A stretch of DNA of 63,656 bases, filler included, from Nemertoderma westbladi (taxonomy: Eukaryota; Animalia; Xenacoelomorpha): the NCBI GenBank assembly GCA_032718475.1. It is 4 parts of 4 records of this genome, joined end to end, with 100 filler letters (N's around TTAATTAATTAA, not from the genome) between each part and the next. Parts side by side here need not be neighbours in the genome. Positions count along the whole stretch, not along the records: positions 33,061 to 52,302 come from JAUCBJ010007085.1; positions 52,403 to 63,656 come from JAUCBJ010005975.1; 2 more parts are not named here. One strand, written 5' to 3'. The notes under the pieces are model-generated. The model was not told where the DNA came from, made no database searches, and saw only the letters and a program-made list of their open reading frames with translations. A program made the position numbers and the translations under genes. Below are positions 48,091-61,253 of this stretch, in pieces; within the stretch, counting starts at the first letter, position 1; every line of letters starts with the position of its first letter.

Positions 48091-48749
48091 TATATATATA
48101 TGCAGGCTCGCTCGCAAGGCGAGTAGCGTCTTCTAGTAACGATTTACTTTCAGTCTGTTTTAATATTTGTACGTCCTCGACTTTACAGGACCGTTGGGAA
48201 GTACTTCTATCTGTGTAATATTGTATAATTAATATATTCACAATACTGGGCCATAAATATCCACCCTCGTAAATTTTTTTTTTTGTTTTTTTTTTTGCAT
48301 TATTCACTTTGTAATGATAGTGTATAATGAAGTTTTATTGGTTTCATTTCTGTTCTTTTTTTCTTTGGTCAATTGTCGGTCACTGTGAATTTAATTATAG
48401 ATTGTAGGGTCCAACCGTAATTAATTTTGTGCTATGTGTTTCGTTTAGTATATATTAATGTACGTACAGTAGCATGGGTCATTAGTGCCCGATAATGGAA
48501 AGGAAATAATAATAAATAATACCGAAATCAAATGGTGGGTAAAAAATGAAACAGTGCCGAATTATATTTTCCATTATTAGTATCGTTTACAGCCTATGGT
48601 AACACTACGGTAAGACTGAAAACTACAAACCTAGGCACCACCATATACAATAGTACTACTGTAAGTACTACTGTGCATGGCCACCCTCTGTAGCTGTATA
48701 GCAGTACTGCATGATTACCGGTACCGGTCTACTGGTACTGATGCAAGAG

Positions 48750-49465
48750 GTAAGGACACCACAGGAAGTTCTCTAGAGGCGGTGGAATTTCTCTCGTCTC
48801 GAGGCTGGAGAAGTTCTTTTGTGGCGGCGGAGGTTCTCTCGAGGAGGCGGAAGCTTGTTTGAGGCGGCGGATGTTTCTCTTGCGGTGGCAGAAGTTCCCT
48901 AGAGACGGCGAAAAATTCCCTCGAGGTGGCGGAAGGTCACACGAATAGTTGCAGAAGCGCTCGTGAAGGAGGAAGTTTCCTTGAGTCTGCAGAAAAACGT
49001 AGATCTTCTCTCTCAATCTGTCTGTTGATTATACAGTAATGTTAGGCCTTGCGTTAGGCCTAGGTTATTACTGGATTTGCTCGAGTTTTTTGATGTACGC
49101 CTCATCCTCGAACAACCTCCAACAGCCTTCAGCCCTACACACTTTGGATTTCAAGTTCAACGAACTCTCTTGGGCGGCGGATTCTCTCTCTTTTGCAGAA
49201 GTAAGGACACCGCAGGAAGTTCTCTAGAGGAGGCGGAATTTCTCTTGTCTTGAGGTTGGAGAAGTTCCTTCGAGGCGGTGGAGTTTTCTCTCGAGGAGGT
49301 GGACGTTTGTTCGAGGCGGCGGACATTTCTCTCGCGGTGGCGGAAGATCAATAGAGACGGCGAAAATTCTCCCGAGGTGGCGGAAGGTCACATGAATAGC
49401 TGCAGAAGCGCTCGTGAAGGAGGACGCTTCCGTGAGTCTGCAGAAAAACGTAAATCTTTCCTAGT
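48750..49465. repeat. Direct duplication of about 265 bp (48750-49010 and 49200-49465)
   Basis: Both start GTAAGGACACC.CAGGAAGTTCTCTAGAGG and end GAGTCTGCAGAAAAACGTA. Lies upstream of the Ulp1/CRE ORF and may be its 5' UTR. Confidence 0.85.
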
Positions 49466-49626
49466 GTCTGTAGTCAACTCGGTTGCTTCTATAAGTTTCC
49501 ATACTTAATAGTACTGTATATTAATAACTATAAATAACCTAACTGATTCTGTACTGTATACTGTTAAATTATTTATATGGCTATTCGTAAAAATTTAACG
49601 TGGTGACTGCAGACACACTTTAATAA

Positions 49627-51207
49627 ATGGCAGAATCAACTCCCCGCTCCAGTAGACCAGGAGACATATTTTGCATAGACCTCTCAGACACCATCCTTCA
49701 ACAGTATGTATTTCCCATCACCGAGGATGTATTCAGATATGGTAATTACTACATATCCCTTTCAGATATTAACTCCATCAAAGGAAATAGTTGGTTTACG
49801 GATAATATGATTGAATCTATCCTGAATACTTACTCCTTCACATATAAAGGCAATGCTAAAGCATTTAACATAAATTTCTTAAATTTTTTCGGCCAGAAAG
49901 GGCATACCTCTGTGCAGAGGTCATCTACTTTGGAAATTATATCATAAGATTATATATTTTTCCCATATAATGTAAATGGATGCCACTGGGTCATGCCAGT
50001 GTTTTCCCCAACGAGGAAATGCATCTGGTAGTTTGATTCACTTGCTTGGAAAAGTGACAAACTTATGCAATTGATGGTTCAGTGGATACACAGTGCTTAC
50101 AAATTTCTGGACATTGAACTTCCATCTTTCCATATTTTCAAGAGGCTCCCAAAGCAGCAGGAGAATGACTTCCACTGTGGTGCATACCTCTGCCGCTACG
50201 CTTTAAGCTTCCTAGATGGTACACCACAAATTACGCTGAACGATACGACAATCTCAGCATACCACTATAATCTGCATTGTGATGTATCCCAATCAGCCAT
50301 TCAAATTAGACAAAGTAGTACTAGTAATTCTACACAGAGGAGACTCAGTCAAACTGGGATCTCTTCAAACATCTCCAAATCCCAGCCTGATAATGAACAG
50401 AAATTAGATGTAAGAAATTCCCAAAAATATGATAGTCCAGACCGACAGGTGCAATGTCCAATATGCACACGTCTCATTAAAATGACTTCAGATGGCTGCA
50501 TCCGAAAACACGGCCCTGTTAAATAGAGATGCCCTGGCTCCGGATTCAAAAAAGAACCTGCAAACTCTCATTCACCTGTAGTGGAGAAAGAGAGTCTTGC
50601 CCCGAGATGTCTTCCCTCAATCCCTCAATCCAAGTGTGTACCTTCAACTCTAGCACGATGTGGTAGGTGGTAGTCGCTTTGGGAGGTCGGAAGAGCCAAA
50701 GACCCCTGAACTTGTTATAGTTGACTGTCCTCGAAATTTAAATGCGCCAGGTGTTCTGAAACATCTCCAAACGTGAAAGGTAGCCACTCCACTGCTCATT
50801 CTGATGTTTTTCAAACCCCATCCTCTGATCACGAGGTCAATGGACCGTCAATACCAAATCTGGATCTGCCTATATACACTCAATGCAATTTCGGTGTTTC
50901 CTGGAATGGTATACCAGGGGAGTTCTTTTTTTCTCGTCTGAAGGATGTGTATTTCGAAATCGTACATTGGTCACCACACCGTGAGGTGCCCAGATCTAAA
51001 GCCGGACACCGTTTTGTCACAATGCTATCGAATCTGATAAAAGCTTTTGCTGAGAAGTCGAACTTAGAAAATGTTTCCCTGTTAGCAGTAATGGTTGCTC
51101 CAGCTCTGTTAATTCGATCGGCAGCAAAAATGGAGGATCAGCCAGTTTGAGCGAAACCCTAAATAGACGTTTGGATCAGTGGGAAGCAGGATAAATCGAT
51201 GAGCTGC
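49627..51207 (+). mobile_element. CRE-like non-LTR retrotransposon 5' part: Ulp1/C48 protease, zinc finger and pre-RT region, decayed
   Basis: One frame with stops at 49945, 50029 and 50524 carries WFTDNMIE, FPYNVNGCHW, FDSL and QQENDFHCGAY, then CPIC...KHGP..RCPGSG. EIVHW...VPRSKAGHRFV..LS.LI.AFAEKSNLE..VAPALL follows. Confidence 0.6.
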
Positions 51208-51211
51208 TTAA

Positions 51212-51660
51212 CCCTATTAGTACCGGGCTATAAAATGTTATACAAATACCGGAGGGGGAGGGGGGGGGGGGGGGGTAGGGTAATATTGACCCCCCCCCCC
51301 CCCCTCTAAAATCTACAAATTTTTACGAAAACGTCTGGTTTTTTGTTTGTATATAGGTATCACTAGTCTGGATCCGACCGAAAAAATTTTTTTCGAAAAA
51401 ATGTGGGGCGAGCCACGAAGTGAGTGAGCCTTAGCGTAGGGGTACCATTGATCAACCTGTCATTCTGTCGTTCTGTCGCGTTTTTTTTTTTCAGTATTTT
51501 ATTTTAAACGTTAATAACTCGGCCAATCCTTGATGAAATCTATCCAAACTTGGTACACATGTTGTTTGGCAAAAGTTTGAAAATTTTCCAAGTAGAATTT
51601 GCGTGGGGCCTTCGTGCAGCATCAGTGTAACTGTTATTGCAGTTATAATAAATTTATTTA
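51212..51660. mobile_element. Non-autonomous DNA element(s) truncating the CRE relic (piggyBac-like left end, then a Helentron-like segment)
   Basis: TTAA|CCCT start at 51208-51215, then a TCTGTC tract and a GGCCAATCCTTGATGAAA...AAACTTGGTACACA motif. Confidence 0.4.
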
Positions 51661-52302
51661 TCCAAATTTAAAATGCGTTAAATTATTATTACTGTAGGAT
51701 AAATCAGCTGGGTTTCTGACAAATTTTGCAATACATTGGGGCTGTCTGCCAATCTGCATGTACCATGTGTACCGGTACTGTCAGGCTGTACTCAATCCCT
51801 GAATCGAGAATCCTGCAATCAGTCAATACTGCAATACTGGTCAGCCGGTACCATACACTGCAGACATGCCATATCATGTAATCTAATTAAACATGGCCCC
51901 GGCAACCCTTGCGGTAATTATAGTTTAGGCCTAATTAGCCCAGTACCGGCACCGGTAATAATAATATAATAGTTTAGATAGTTACCGCTAATCATTCAGT
52001 CATTGGCATGGTACACCGTATTGCTGTACTGCCGTTGTAGTGCGCACCGTAGGTACCACCCTACTACCGGTACCGGCTGACCGGTGGCAACTAGCACTTC
52101 AGCACTTGCACAGCAACAGCACTACCGGCGATACACAGGTTGGAATTTATGTAGAGTTTGCTCAACAGTACAGATATAAAATAGTTATCTAAATTATATA
52201 TATTACTATTGACAAGTATTGAAATATATACCGTTATTCGTGTTATCAGTATTTGCAACATCTGACATTGAAGAGGTGAGAGAAGATAAATACCGGCACT
52301 CA

Positions 52303-52402
52303 NNNNNNNNNNNNNNNNNNNNNNNNNNNNNNNNNNNNNNNNNNNNTTAATTAATTAANNNNNNNNNNNNNNNNNNNNNNNNNNNNNNNNNNNNNNNNNN
52401 NN
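52303..52402. other. Assembly gap with artificial linker
   Basis: 44 N + TTAATTAATTAA + 44 N. Confidence 0.98.
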
Positions 52403-52767
52403 TCTCATAACCTGATTTTGTGATACAGTCGCACAATTTTAATTTGTATCTCATAACTGGGCCTCGTGCTGCGCGAAGGCCCCACGAACGTGTTCAGTAA
52501 AACTGAATGGACACAGACGGTGACTAGATTTGCTTCAGTCGACTATTAAAGTCAAGATGGATTAATGATTTATCACACAGGAGATAACTTCCAATAAACT
52601 TTAATTAGATTTAAATGTATTATTTAATACTGTGTACCAGTGTATCTGTTAATAAATTTCACTTATATTAGATATAGTACATGATTAAAATGTATAAATG
52701 AGTATACAAAATATCCTTTTTTCACATACCGAACGCTGATAAGTTGACATAATGTAACAAAATTACA

Positions 52768-52908
52768 TACATCATTGCTTGCAAAGGTCACTTTTCAGCG
52801 TTAAAGGCCCTTGTTTATTTATGTAAACCTCCCTCGCTGTGCTCGCTCGGTACATAAATAAACTCGGCTCATAACGCTGCAAAGTGCTACTTTGCACACA
52901 ATGATGTA
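52768..52908. mobile_element. Short palindromic (fold-back) element
   Basis: Outer arms TACATCATTGCTTGCAAAG ... CTTTGCACACAATGATGTA; inner arms GTTTATTTATGTA / TACATAAATAAAC. Confidence 0.6.
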
Positions 52909-53293
52909 AATAGTTATTCATTTCTTGGTATTTCACTGTTCGACAAGTCTTATTTTATCCAATACAGTATTTTAGTTAATTAGTTAAGTAATTAGCGGAT
53001 TAATCTAGTAGCAACAGCCATCACAAATACAATCTGATCAAAAAATCGCGGAAATTTCTTGCCCTCTTTCATTTCCGATTAGTGTCACTCTCGTTACCCA
53101 ACAGTGACACTTGCACTAGGAACGAAAATCAATTAAAGCAAAAGTAAATATACAGTACATGAATTTCAGAAATTAAAAAAGCGAAGTACAGTATACAGTA
53201 TTGCATTACACTGGCAATCAAATGTACCAGAAAACAATAAACTTATAGTAATTTTAAACTTTAACAATAACGTGATACTATTATTATTTTCAG

Positions 53294-53705
53294 TTAGTTT
53301 TATTGGGTGTATGATAGCCTTCGATATGCACATGTACCAAGTAATATTACCGCTCTCGGTGTTACCTAATGGGGGACTTACGGTAATCCTACGCTTCCTA
53401 GACGTTTGGCGTAGCAAGGGCGCCGCCGTAGATTTCTCGGTAGTGACGTCACCAGCACTATATCCACACAGTGAGCTCACAATCTTCCATATCCTCGTTG
53501 TGCTCGTCTGCGAGATCTTGATCTTCGGGTTCCTCGCTTGGTACCTCGGCACTGTATTCCCAGGGAGGTTTGGCCAACCGCGGCCTTGGTACTTCCTGTT
53601 CACGCGATTCTATTGGTTGGAAAACTCAAGGAAAATCCAGCGGGATGTTTTCATTGATATAAAACCCAGGACCGTGGATAAAAGGTTGTCCTTGAAAGAA
53701 GCTAT
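53294..53705 (+). CDS. ABCA-subfamily transporter (ABCA3-like), internal exon ending TMD1
   Basis: [28 protein letters not shown]. Acceptor TTTTCAG, donor AT|GTAAGT (phase 2). Confidence 0.85.
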
Positions 53706-53999
53706 GTAAGTCCCTTTCTATACATCAACAAGTATCTGTAATCAAATATATTGTACGGGTTAACAACCCGTGAATAAATAATTTGGATCTTGTATTATTG
53801 TAATTGGTGTGTACCAGTACAGTACCACCTTACAAAAGCGGTATAACTAACTTGATATGCTCAATAAGCCGCTCTAGACAGTACTAATAACTATTTTAAG
53901 ACTATTTATATACACCATTCTTTAAAAATTCTTCACAGTGTCATAGCACTTTTCATGGCTAATTTAGAGCAAATACAGCGTCGAAAAACAGGAATGCTA

Positions 54000-54470
54000 G
54001 TTACTGGGTTTCGTGTATCCTTTCTGATGTTATTTTGAAAAAGTTACTCCATCAAAACCCAGTATGTGCTCAAAAATCCCAAGATCCTACGCCAAAACCC
54101 AGTAACTGCACTTACATTTCGAGCAAAATTCTTTACTGGGTTTTCACTGGTATTTTCTGAACAAAATCGTGTATCGTTTCCGAAAGACAAATTGTCCAAA
54201 TCAAAACCCAGCATGTATATTGTCAATGTCAGATTTACCACGTCAAAACCCAGTAAACAGAGTTTTACTGGGTTTCCAGCAGTTTGAGATACTGGGTTTT
54301 GAAGTGGGATTTCCCGAATGCAGATACTATGCCAAACCAAAACCCAGTAACTCCGGCAACGCAACAGACGTACACAAATAATTAAATGTTCTAGAATATT
54401 ATATTCTAGAATGTTGCCTCTTTGTTTTCGATAACCGTTGGCGAAGGATGCCAGAGTTACGGGGTTTTGG
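54000..54470. mobile_element. Intronic MITE-like element with AAAACCCAGTA / TACTGGGTTTT repeats
   Basis: Multiple direct and inverted copies of the 11-mer. Confidence 0.5.
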
Positions 54471-54765
54471 CTAAGGGACTTGTCAGTTGGTATCAACAGT
54501 TGGTATCATTCTTCTTTATGAGATATTTTACAAATAAAAGCCTGAAAAAGCATAACGTTTTTGAAAAATACGACAGATCAAAACATGCCATATTTTTCGA
54601 ACAATATGGTTTACCAAGTTATACCGATAGTATTGATACTGAAATATTAATTTATAAGCTCAACACCTCAAATAAATTATTTAGCTAATGATTCTAAAGA
54701 ATATGATTAAATACTCTAGGCAACCATTTTGAGAGATAAATAATAAGCAAGCTGGCAACGAATTA

Positions 54766-55128
54766 AGGCCTGTTTACAGTGGCAACTGTTCTCGGCAACT
54801 TGTAGATCAACCCAGGTTGCCGATCAAGTTGCTCCGTGTAATCACGTCAAAAAGTTGCCGTAAAAGTTGCTCAACTTTTACGGCAACTTGAAGGAATTTG
54901 CGTTGGCGAAATAAAGCGGGATAATAAAATTAAATTATCAAAAACTAGCTAGTAGATAAAATGACCCACTATTTTACAGTCAAACTAGCCAAGTTGCTCT
55001 AAAAGTTGCCGGCCAAGTTGCTGGTAAAGTTGCCACGTGTAAACAGCGATTAAATTTAGTTGCTCCAAAAAAGTTGCTAGTTGCCGATAAAGTTGCTCTA
55101 AAGGTTGTCTAAAGGTGTAAACAGGCCT
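54766..55128. mobile_element. PIF/Harbinger MITE in ABCA intron
   Basis: TIR AGGCCTGTTTACA at both ends, a TTA target duplication, and internal AAGTTGC repeats. Confidence 0.85.
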
Positions 55129-55289
55129 TTAGGAGGAGGGAGTGAGGTGAAACTATTTATCATTCAAATTTCATGCAATCTCATTAAGACTGGTAGAAAT
55201 TGGGGGGAGGGGGGGGGGATGTGTACCAGAATAACGAATTTTCCAGGACATGGTATAAATATTAAATCCCTGCAAATTTGTTATTAAAG

Positions 55290-55688
55290 GAGAATCAACA
55301 GCCAAAGCCACGAAAGTTACAATGAAAGCGAAGTTGAGTTAAAACAGGTGAAATCAGAAACAATAAGTCGTGGGGAGTCTGTGGAAGAGTTGGATCTCTT
55401 TGAGGAAACCGTAACAACTTTACAACCAGTTCTGTGTGTCCAGAATCTAAGTAAACATTTCGGTAGCAAGTCCCCGCTGACAAACATCAACCTTTCGTTG
55501 TACGAAGATCAGATTACAATACTGTTGGGCCACAATGCTTCGGGAAAGAGTTTGTGTATGAACGTTATTACTGGCTTCTATCCACCAACCATAGGAACCG
55601 CCTATATTTACGGTTACGATATTCGATATGATAAGAGAGATTTGCACGGGATTGTAGGGTACTGTCCGCAGGAGGATTGTCTCTACAA
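55290..55688 (+). CDS. ABCA transporter exon (NBD1 Walker A, Q-loop)
   Basis: LYEDQITILLGHNASGKS and GYCPQ. Phase-2 acceptor AAG|G and phase-2 donor AA|GTAAGT are frame-consistent with both neighbouring exons. Confidence 0.88.
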
Positions 55689-56046
55689 GTAAGTAGTCGA
55701 GGAATCGTTACGTTACCATAGAGACTGGGGAGGGTGGTTGCATCTGCGTATCATGTTTATAACATCATAAACTCTTAGATTACTCTATATACCTACGGCA
55801 ATTCCGTATTCTTAAAACTGATTTTCAATATCTTTTTTAGTGCAACACATCCATCACACTACATAAAAGTTTATATTTATCTGAGGGAAAACAATTACAT
55901 CCATACTGTGGGCCTACCATGCAATACAATGAATATCTAATATTTTTTCTCCCCAGATAAAAAAAACCCGATAAACAATCTACTATAATAAGATTCCCAA
56001 TCAATGAACTTCCCTTTTCTAACGTTTTGAACAATTTCTTCACTAG

Positions 56047-59000
56047 CTCGCTGACAATAAGAGAACATCTTTACCTGCACGGAAGACTGCGAGGGTTGCT
56101 AGGAAACGATCTACGCAACAGCACTGACGAGTTAATAGAAAAACTCGATATTGCAGAACACGCAGATAGGATTGTATCGGAACTGTCGGGTGGTGTGAAA
56201 CGAAAGTTAGGTCTGGCTCTAGCCTTCGTGGGAGGCTGCAAAGTGATATTGTTAGACGAACCGGCCATAAATATAGACCCAGCAAGCAAACGATCGCTCT
56301 GGGAAATTATTAAGAAACTCAAAATTGGACGGACGATTCTCTACAGCACGCACTGTATGGAGGAAGCGGAATGTCTAGCGGATAAAGTCGCAATCATATC
56401 TAAAGGGAGAATACAGTGCTATGGTTCGGTGGAATATCTAAAGGATAAGTTTGATGTTGGGTATCAGTTAGAGTTCACAACACGGATCAATGCGACCAAT
56501 CTATTTCACCAGTCGCAAGCTGACGTTCAGGCATTGTTACCAAATAAGCCGTTGAAACTGATGAAATGCACGGATAATTTATTAGCCTTCGGTATTCCGT
56601 GTACAACTTACGGGAAGTTGGTTAGTTCGATAGTGGATGTTATCAAGGGATACGATACCTCAGGCATCATACTGGATGTAAGTATAGTATCTAAGTCATT
56701 GGAAGAAGTATTGGTTGGGTTGGTAACCATAGCAATGCCTCTTCGTAAAAGGGTGGTACATTTCGCAAATCCTCCAACCCTATGTTTAGGTGACGTAAGA
56801 GAACCCACTGTAGGATACTGTGACTTTGAAGGTATATCAATAGAGAATGACTTGGAAAATGATAACAGAAGTCACTCACTAGATGAGCTCCCTCATTCGA
56901 AAGGCTTGATATTAATATGTTACCAAATGATGGGTATGTTTGTGAAGAGATACTACTACTATAAAAGAAATATTTCTATGCTTTTGTTCCAGATTGTTAT
57001 ACCAGTGTTGCTTGCCCTACCTGGCATTCTATACGTATTTTATACCCAAAATACTATTACCATGGATACTCCTCTAATATACACAAGACTAAGTTTCACA
57101 TATAATTTTCCTGGAACTATTATCACAATGCAATCGAAAGAAAATTGTAATAATTGTTTCATCCAAAATCTCAAAGATTCTCTGAATTTGTCTTCGAATA
57201 ATTGGACAGTTAAAGAGGTTAGAAATATAGAAACATATTTTCAAGAACAATTTGAAGATGATCCCAGTATATTTCTACATAAACATCTGCTAGGTTTTGA
57301 TATACGACAGGTAAATACCACTGAGAACAATAATGTAACACCAAAGTTGGCCATATTGATATATATATCGAAGCACGCACTACATATTGGTCCGGTTGCT
57401 GTGGAGATGCTTAGCAACGCAATTATGCGTTATTACCATGGTGGCGGATACAGTATTCGGGGATCACTGCAACCAGTAGACGAGAAATACACACCAAATC
57501 ACGAATATTCAAAGGATATAACTCAGTCCGTCATGTTGAGTGTCTTTATAACATTAGGTTGTCAATGTCTTTACTCCACAATCAGTGTTTATCTTGTGCA
57601 GGAACGCCAATCTACCTCCAAGTACATGCAAAATATTTCGGGATGTTCGCTGCCTGTATTCTGGCTAGCGTCCCATCTATGGGACCTTTTGTGTTTCACC
57701 TGGGTTATCTCGATTATATTCCTTTTGCTCTATCTTCTGAACATCTTCTACATTGTTGCCAACATGCAGCAAGGTTTCGCAGCAGCTATTTTACTTTATA
57801 TGGGTTACGGACTAGCTGCTTTGCCTTTCATGTATGTTCTCCACTTCTTCTTTGCCGTTTCCACTACGGCTTACTCAAAGACCTTCTTCTTCACTTTCTC
57901 TAGCAGCGTCATCATTCTAGTGGCCACGCTAATAGGCTCATTAGGGGGACAAGCTTATTATATCGTTATGGAAGTAACAAGGAATATACTTCCGGACTGC
58001 GTCCAACTATGGTCCTCATTTAATCTCGCTATAAACAATCAACTCCTCAGAAATTGTGAATATCGTCTGAAAACGAAATATGGTGATGGAAATTTTGACG
58101 AAAATGAATGTTTGTTCTCCATAAAACGTTTTAATTTAACTTTAAATGTGGATTATGATAATTTGAAATGGAATTACTTTGGAATAGCCAGAGGGTTATT
58201 CGCATTTATCTTCCATGCTTTGTATTGCTGGGCCTTGGTATATATTATCGAAAGTGGATGGGGAATCAAGATACTTCGCACTGTAAATTGCTTTTATTAC
58301 AGGCAGATAACTAGTGAGTACCTTGCTGTACAAGATACAATTACATATGAAGATGCAAATGTGGCAGCTGAGAGAGAACTAGTAGATAAAATGGTAAGAA
58401 CGAAAGAGGCTAAGGATATGTTGTTAATGCACAATGTGAGTAAAAAGTTTAGGAATTGTGTGGCCGTTCGCAGGTTATCGCTCAGTGTTCCACAGGGGGA
58501 ATGTCTGGTCTTATTGGGTTTAAACGGCGCCGGTAAAACAACGGCTCTGAACATGATATGTGGAAGACAGCCATTAACATCTGGAAGTATACTGGTCCAT
58601 GATCAAATAATTGATAAAAACAGTTCGAGACACTCGGTAACGATAGGCCATTGTCCCCAACAGAACCCATTAATGGGGGACCTAACGCCGCGAGAAACGT
58701 TGAGAGTTTATGCTCACATCCGCGGGATCAAATGCGTACGAATCGGCAGCGCCGTACAGGGGATGATGAAGTCGGTTGGGTTGGAGCAAGATGTCGACGC
58801 TCCCGTGTACAAATGCAGCATGGGCACGCGAAGGAAGCTGGCTATAGCGATCGCGTTAATGGCCGCATCCAATATTATTATTCTAGACGAACCTACTGCC
58901 GGCGTAGACGTGTTGTCAAGGAAACAAATTTGGAGAGTTATTAACGAATCATGTCAGAGCGGGAAATCTGTTATTGTGGCGACGCATAACTACGAAGAGG

Positions 59001-59410
59001 CGGAAGCCATATCAACGCGTATCGGTATGTTAGTCAACGGGCAATTAAAATGTTTAGCTTCAGCGGCCGAATTGAAGTCGAATCTTTCTAAATGCTGTGT
59101 TATTAATATCATGGTGCCTATCGAACACAAATACTTCTTGCAAAGAACAATAGATAACTTTATTGATATGTTCCCTGAAGCCTTAGAGATGAATGCAACG
59201 CCGAATACAGCAATGTACCAGATACCTCTGGACGACAGGGTCCCAGACTGGGTAGGCATGTTTCAGGATATGGAGAAACTTTGCGATCTTGTGCCGGTAT
59301 TAAAGTACACTCTGACACAACCTACACTGGAGCAAGTGTTTCTATTGTACGGCAAGACGCAGACAGCTGATGAAAGGGTGGTTTATAACACCTACAGATG
59401 GAAGTTATAG
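56047..59410 (+). CDS. ABCA transporter terminal exon (rest of NBD1, TMD2, NBD2)
   Basis: LSGG, ILLDEP, STH; VQER..SK.MQ.ISG; GLNGAGKTT, HCPQ, ILDEPTAG, ATH, TLEQVF. Acceptor CACTAG|C. Confidence 0.92.
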
Positions 59411-61253
59411 AGTCCAACATTTTTGTTAACTTGTTGGAGAAGAATTTATAATAAACCACATTTATCTAATTGGCTGTCCAAGCTGAGAACAGAAAAAATC
59501 AGACCTGGACAATCAGTGGAAAATTTTGAAAAATATAAACATTTTAGACTAAAACTGTTAAATATACTGTTTATTTTATTATAAAATGTTATTGAATAAA
59601 CTTAGTTTTTTTTAAACAGTCATAATTGAAAATCAAAACTCATCTCGACACTCCAACTCCACTGTTATTTAGCAAACAGGTAGTATAAAATTATATATAT
59701 GAAAATAAGTTACCTTAAAAGTTAAAACATTAATTAACTATTTATTGTACGCTAAATTAAAGCTCGTATCGAGAGTACTTATCCATCGAAGTGAACGCAG
59801 CGGAAGATGTCAATAAGATCGATGGAGGGATGAAGAGGTAATTTAAGTATTATATTTACCGTACAATATGTAACTTTATTGTTAAAATAAAATGGATTGT
59901 TTGTTATCAACAGACATTGATAATCCCACGAGATTAACTGTAGAAAAAAACCCAACAACAAACCCAACACAATAGAAAGTTGTAAGTTTAGCGAATCCTC
60001 ACAGGCTCTGATTCTGATACGGTTGATTTACATCCAAGCTTCCGTTCAGTCTTACCAGCACTGACAGAGGTAGATTGCAGTGATTTTAAACAGTTTTGAC
60101 GCAGGTCGGGATAATTATTAATTAAAGTCATTTACTGTAATATATTATTGCCTACTATGTATGTGTTTCCGAACAATATTAAAGTGCAAAAAATATAAGT
60201 TTTTATTAACGATTCAATGGCGCAAAATGACCCCAAACACCAAAGGTTTGTTTAGTGGGATTGAATAATTTATTTAATTTAAAACATCAAGGGAAAGGAG
60301 CAGGTTACAGTGGCGGTGTTTTCTAACCAAAACAAAAAATGAGACTTTATTTCCCTTGCGGTGAAATTGCGGTGAAGATCACAATTTTAACTTGCGGTCA
60401 ATGTGGGCAACTATCCTGTTATTAGCATAAAAAATGTGAATATAATATTATGTCCAATAGGCCTATACTGCGGGGCGAGATAATTAGTTAAGAGTTAGAA
60501 AACTGGGGATTTTAGAGCCAAAGGTAAATATGGTAATAAATTTACCGTTATGACTATTTAATTTACCGCTGTCCCATAGGTTGAGTGGTTAATTTTAGCA
60601 ATATAATAAATATTATATTATTACATAATAGTTGTAATAATCTACGGGTGCCAGGCTATCAGCTGCCTGACCTCCAACCTTCATCTCAATGTCACTGTGA
60701 CCAGGGGTCGTCGTTTGAAACCATTCCAGAACACTCAGTGTGTTCAGTAACAAGACAACATAAGTTTAATTCATTTTTCTAAAATACTTTAATGGCCTGT
60801 GTGTTCTTAAATAAATTTAACAGACTTTCACTGTGCTGTGGAGGTCATTAATAATAAAAAAAGGTAATTCACGGGAATGCAAGACTAGCAAATTCCAAAA
60901 GTCAAATTAATTAAATTGGTATTTAACTAACAATAAATTAACATTTTCCTATCCCGCATCGTCTCTTTACAGCAAAGTGGATATCATCCGTCGACTCAAC
61001 CTGGGATCCGTCGGTCCGTCGGCGAGACAGCTAAATGTGGTTTCATTAATCATTTATCGTACGTCCTCATTCAACGCGAGACATAATCGACTATGTTTTT
61101 AAACACTATAACTGAGCCATTTATCATACAGTCCCATATTGCACAGAACCCATGGCAACGAACTTTATTGTGCGTAAAAAATTATAATTTAAAATAATCT
61201 GTATTATTTATTACTAAATATAAATTATATAAAATAATTACATTCACATCCGA

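Larger units (their letters stand above)
46090..48520 (+). mobile_element. L2/Daphne-group LINE with internal deletion (ORF1, endonuclease and 3' end)
   Basis: ORF1 46189-47226 and ORF2 APE 47192-48090, then a short ORF2-like C-terminus, an AT-rich 3' UTR and a (TAA)n-like tail at 48505-48520. The RT is absent. Confidence 0.75.
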
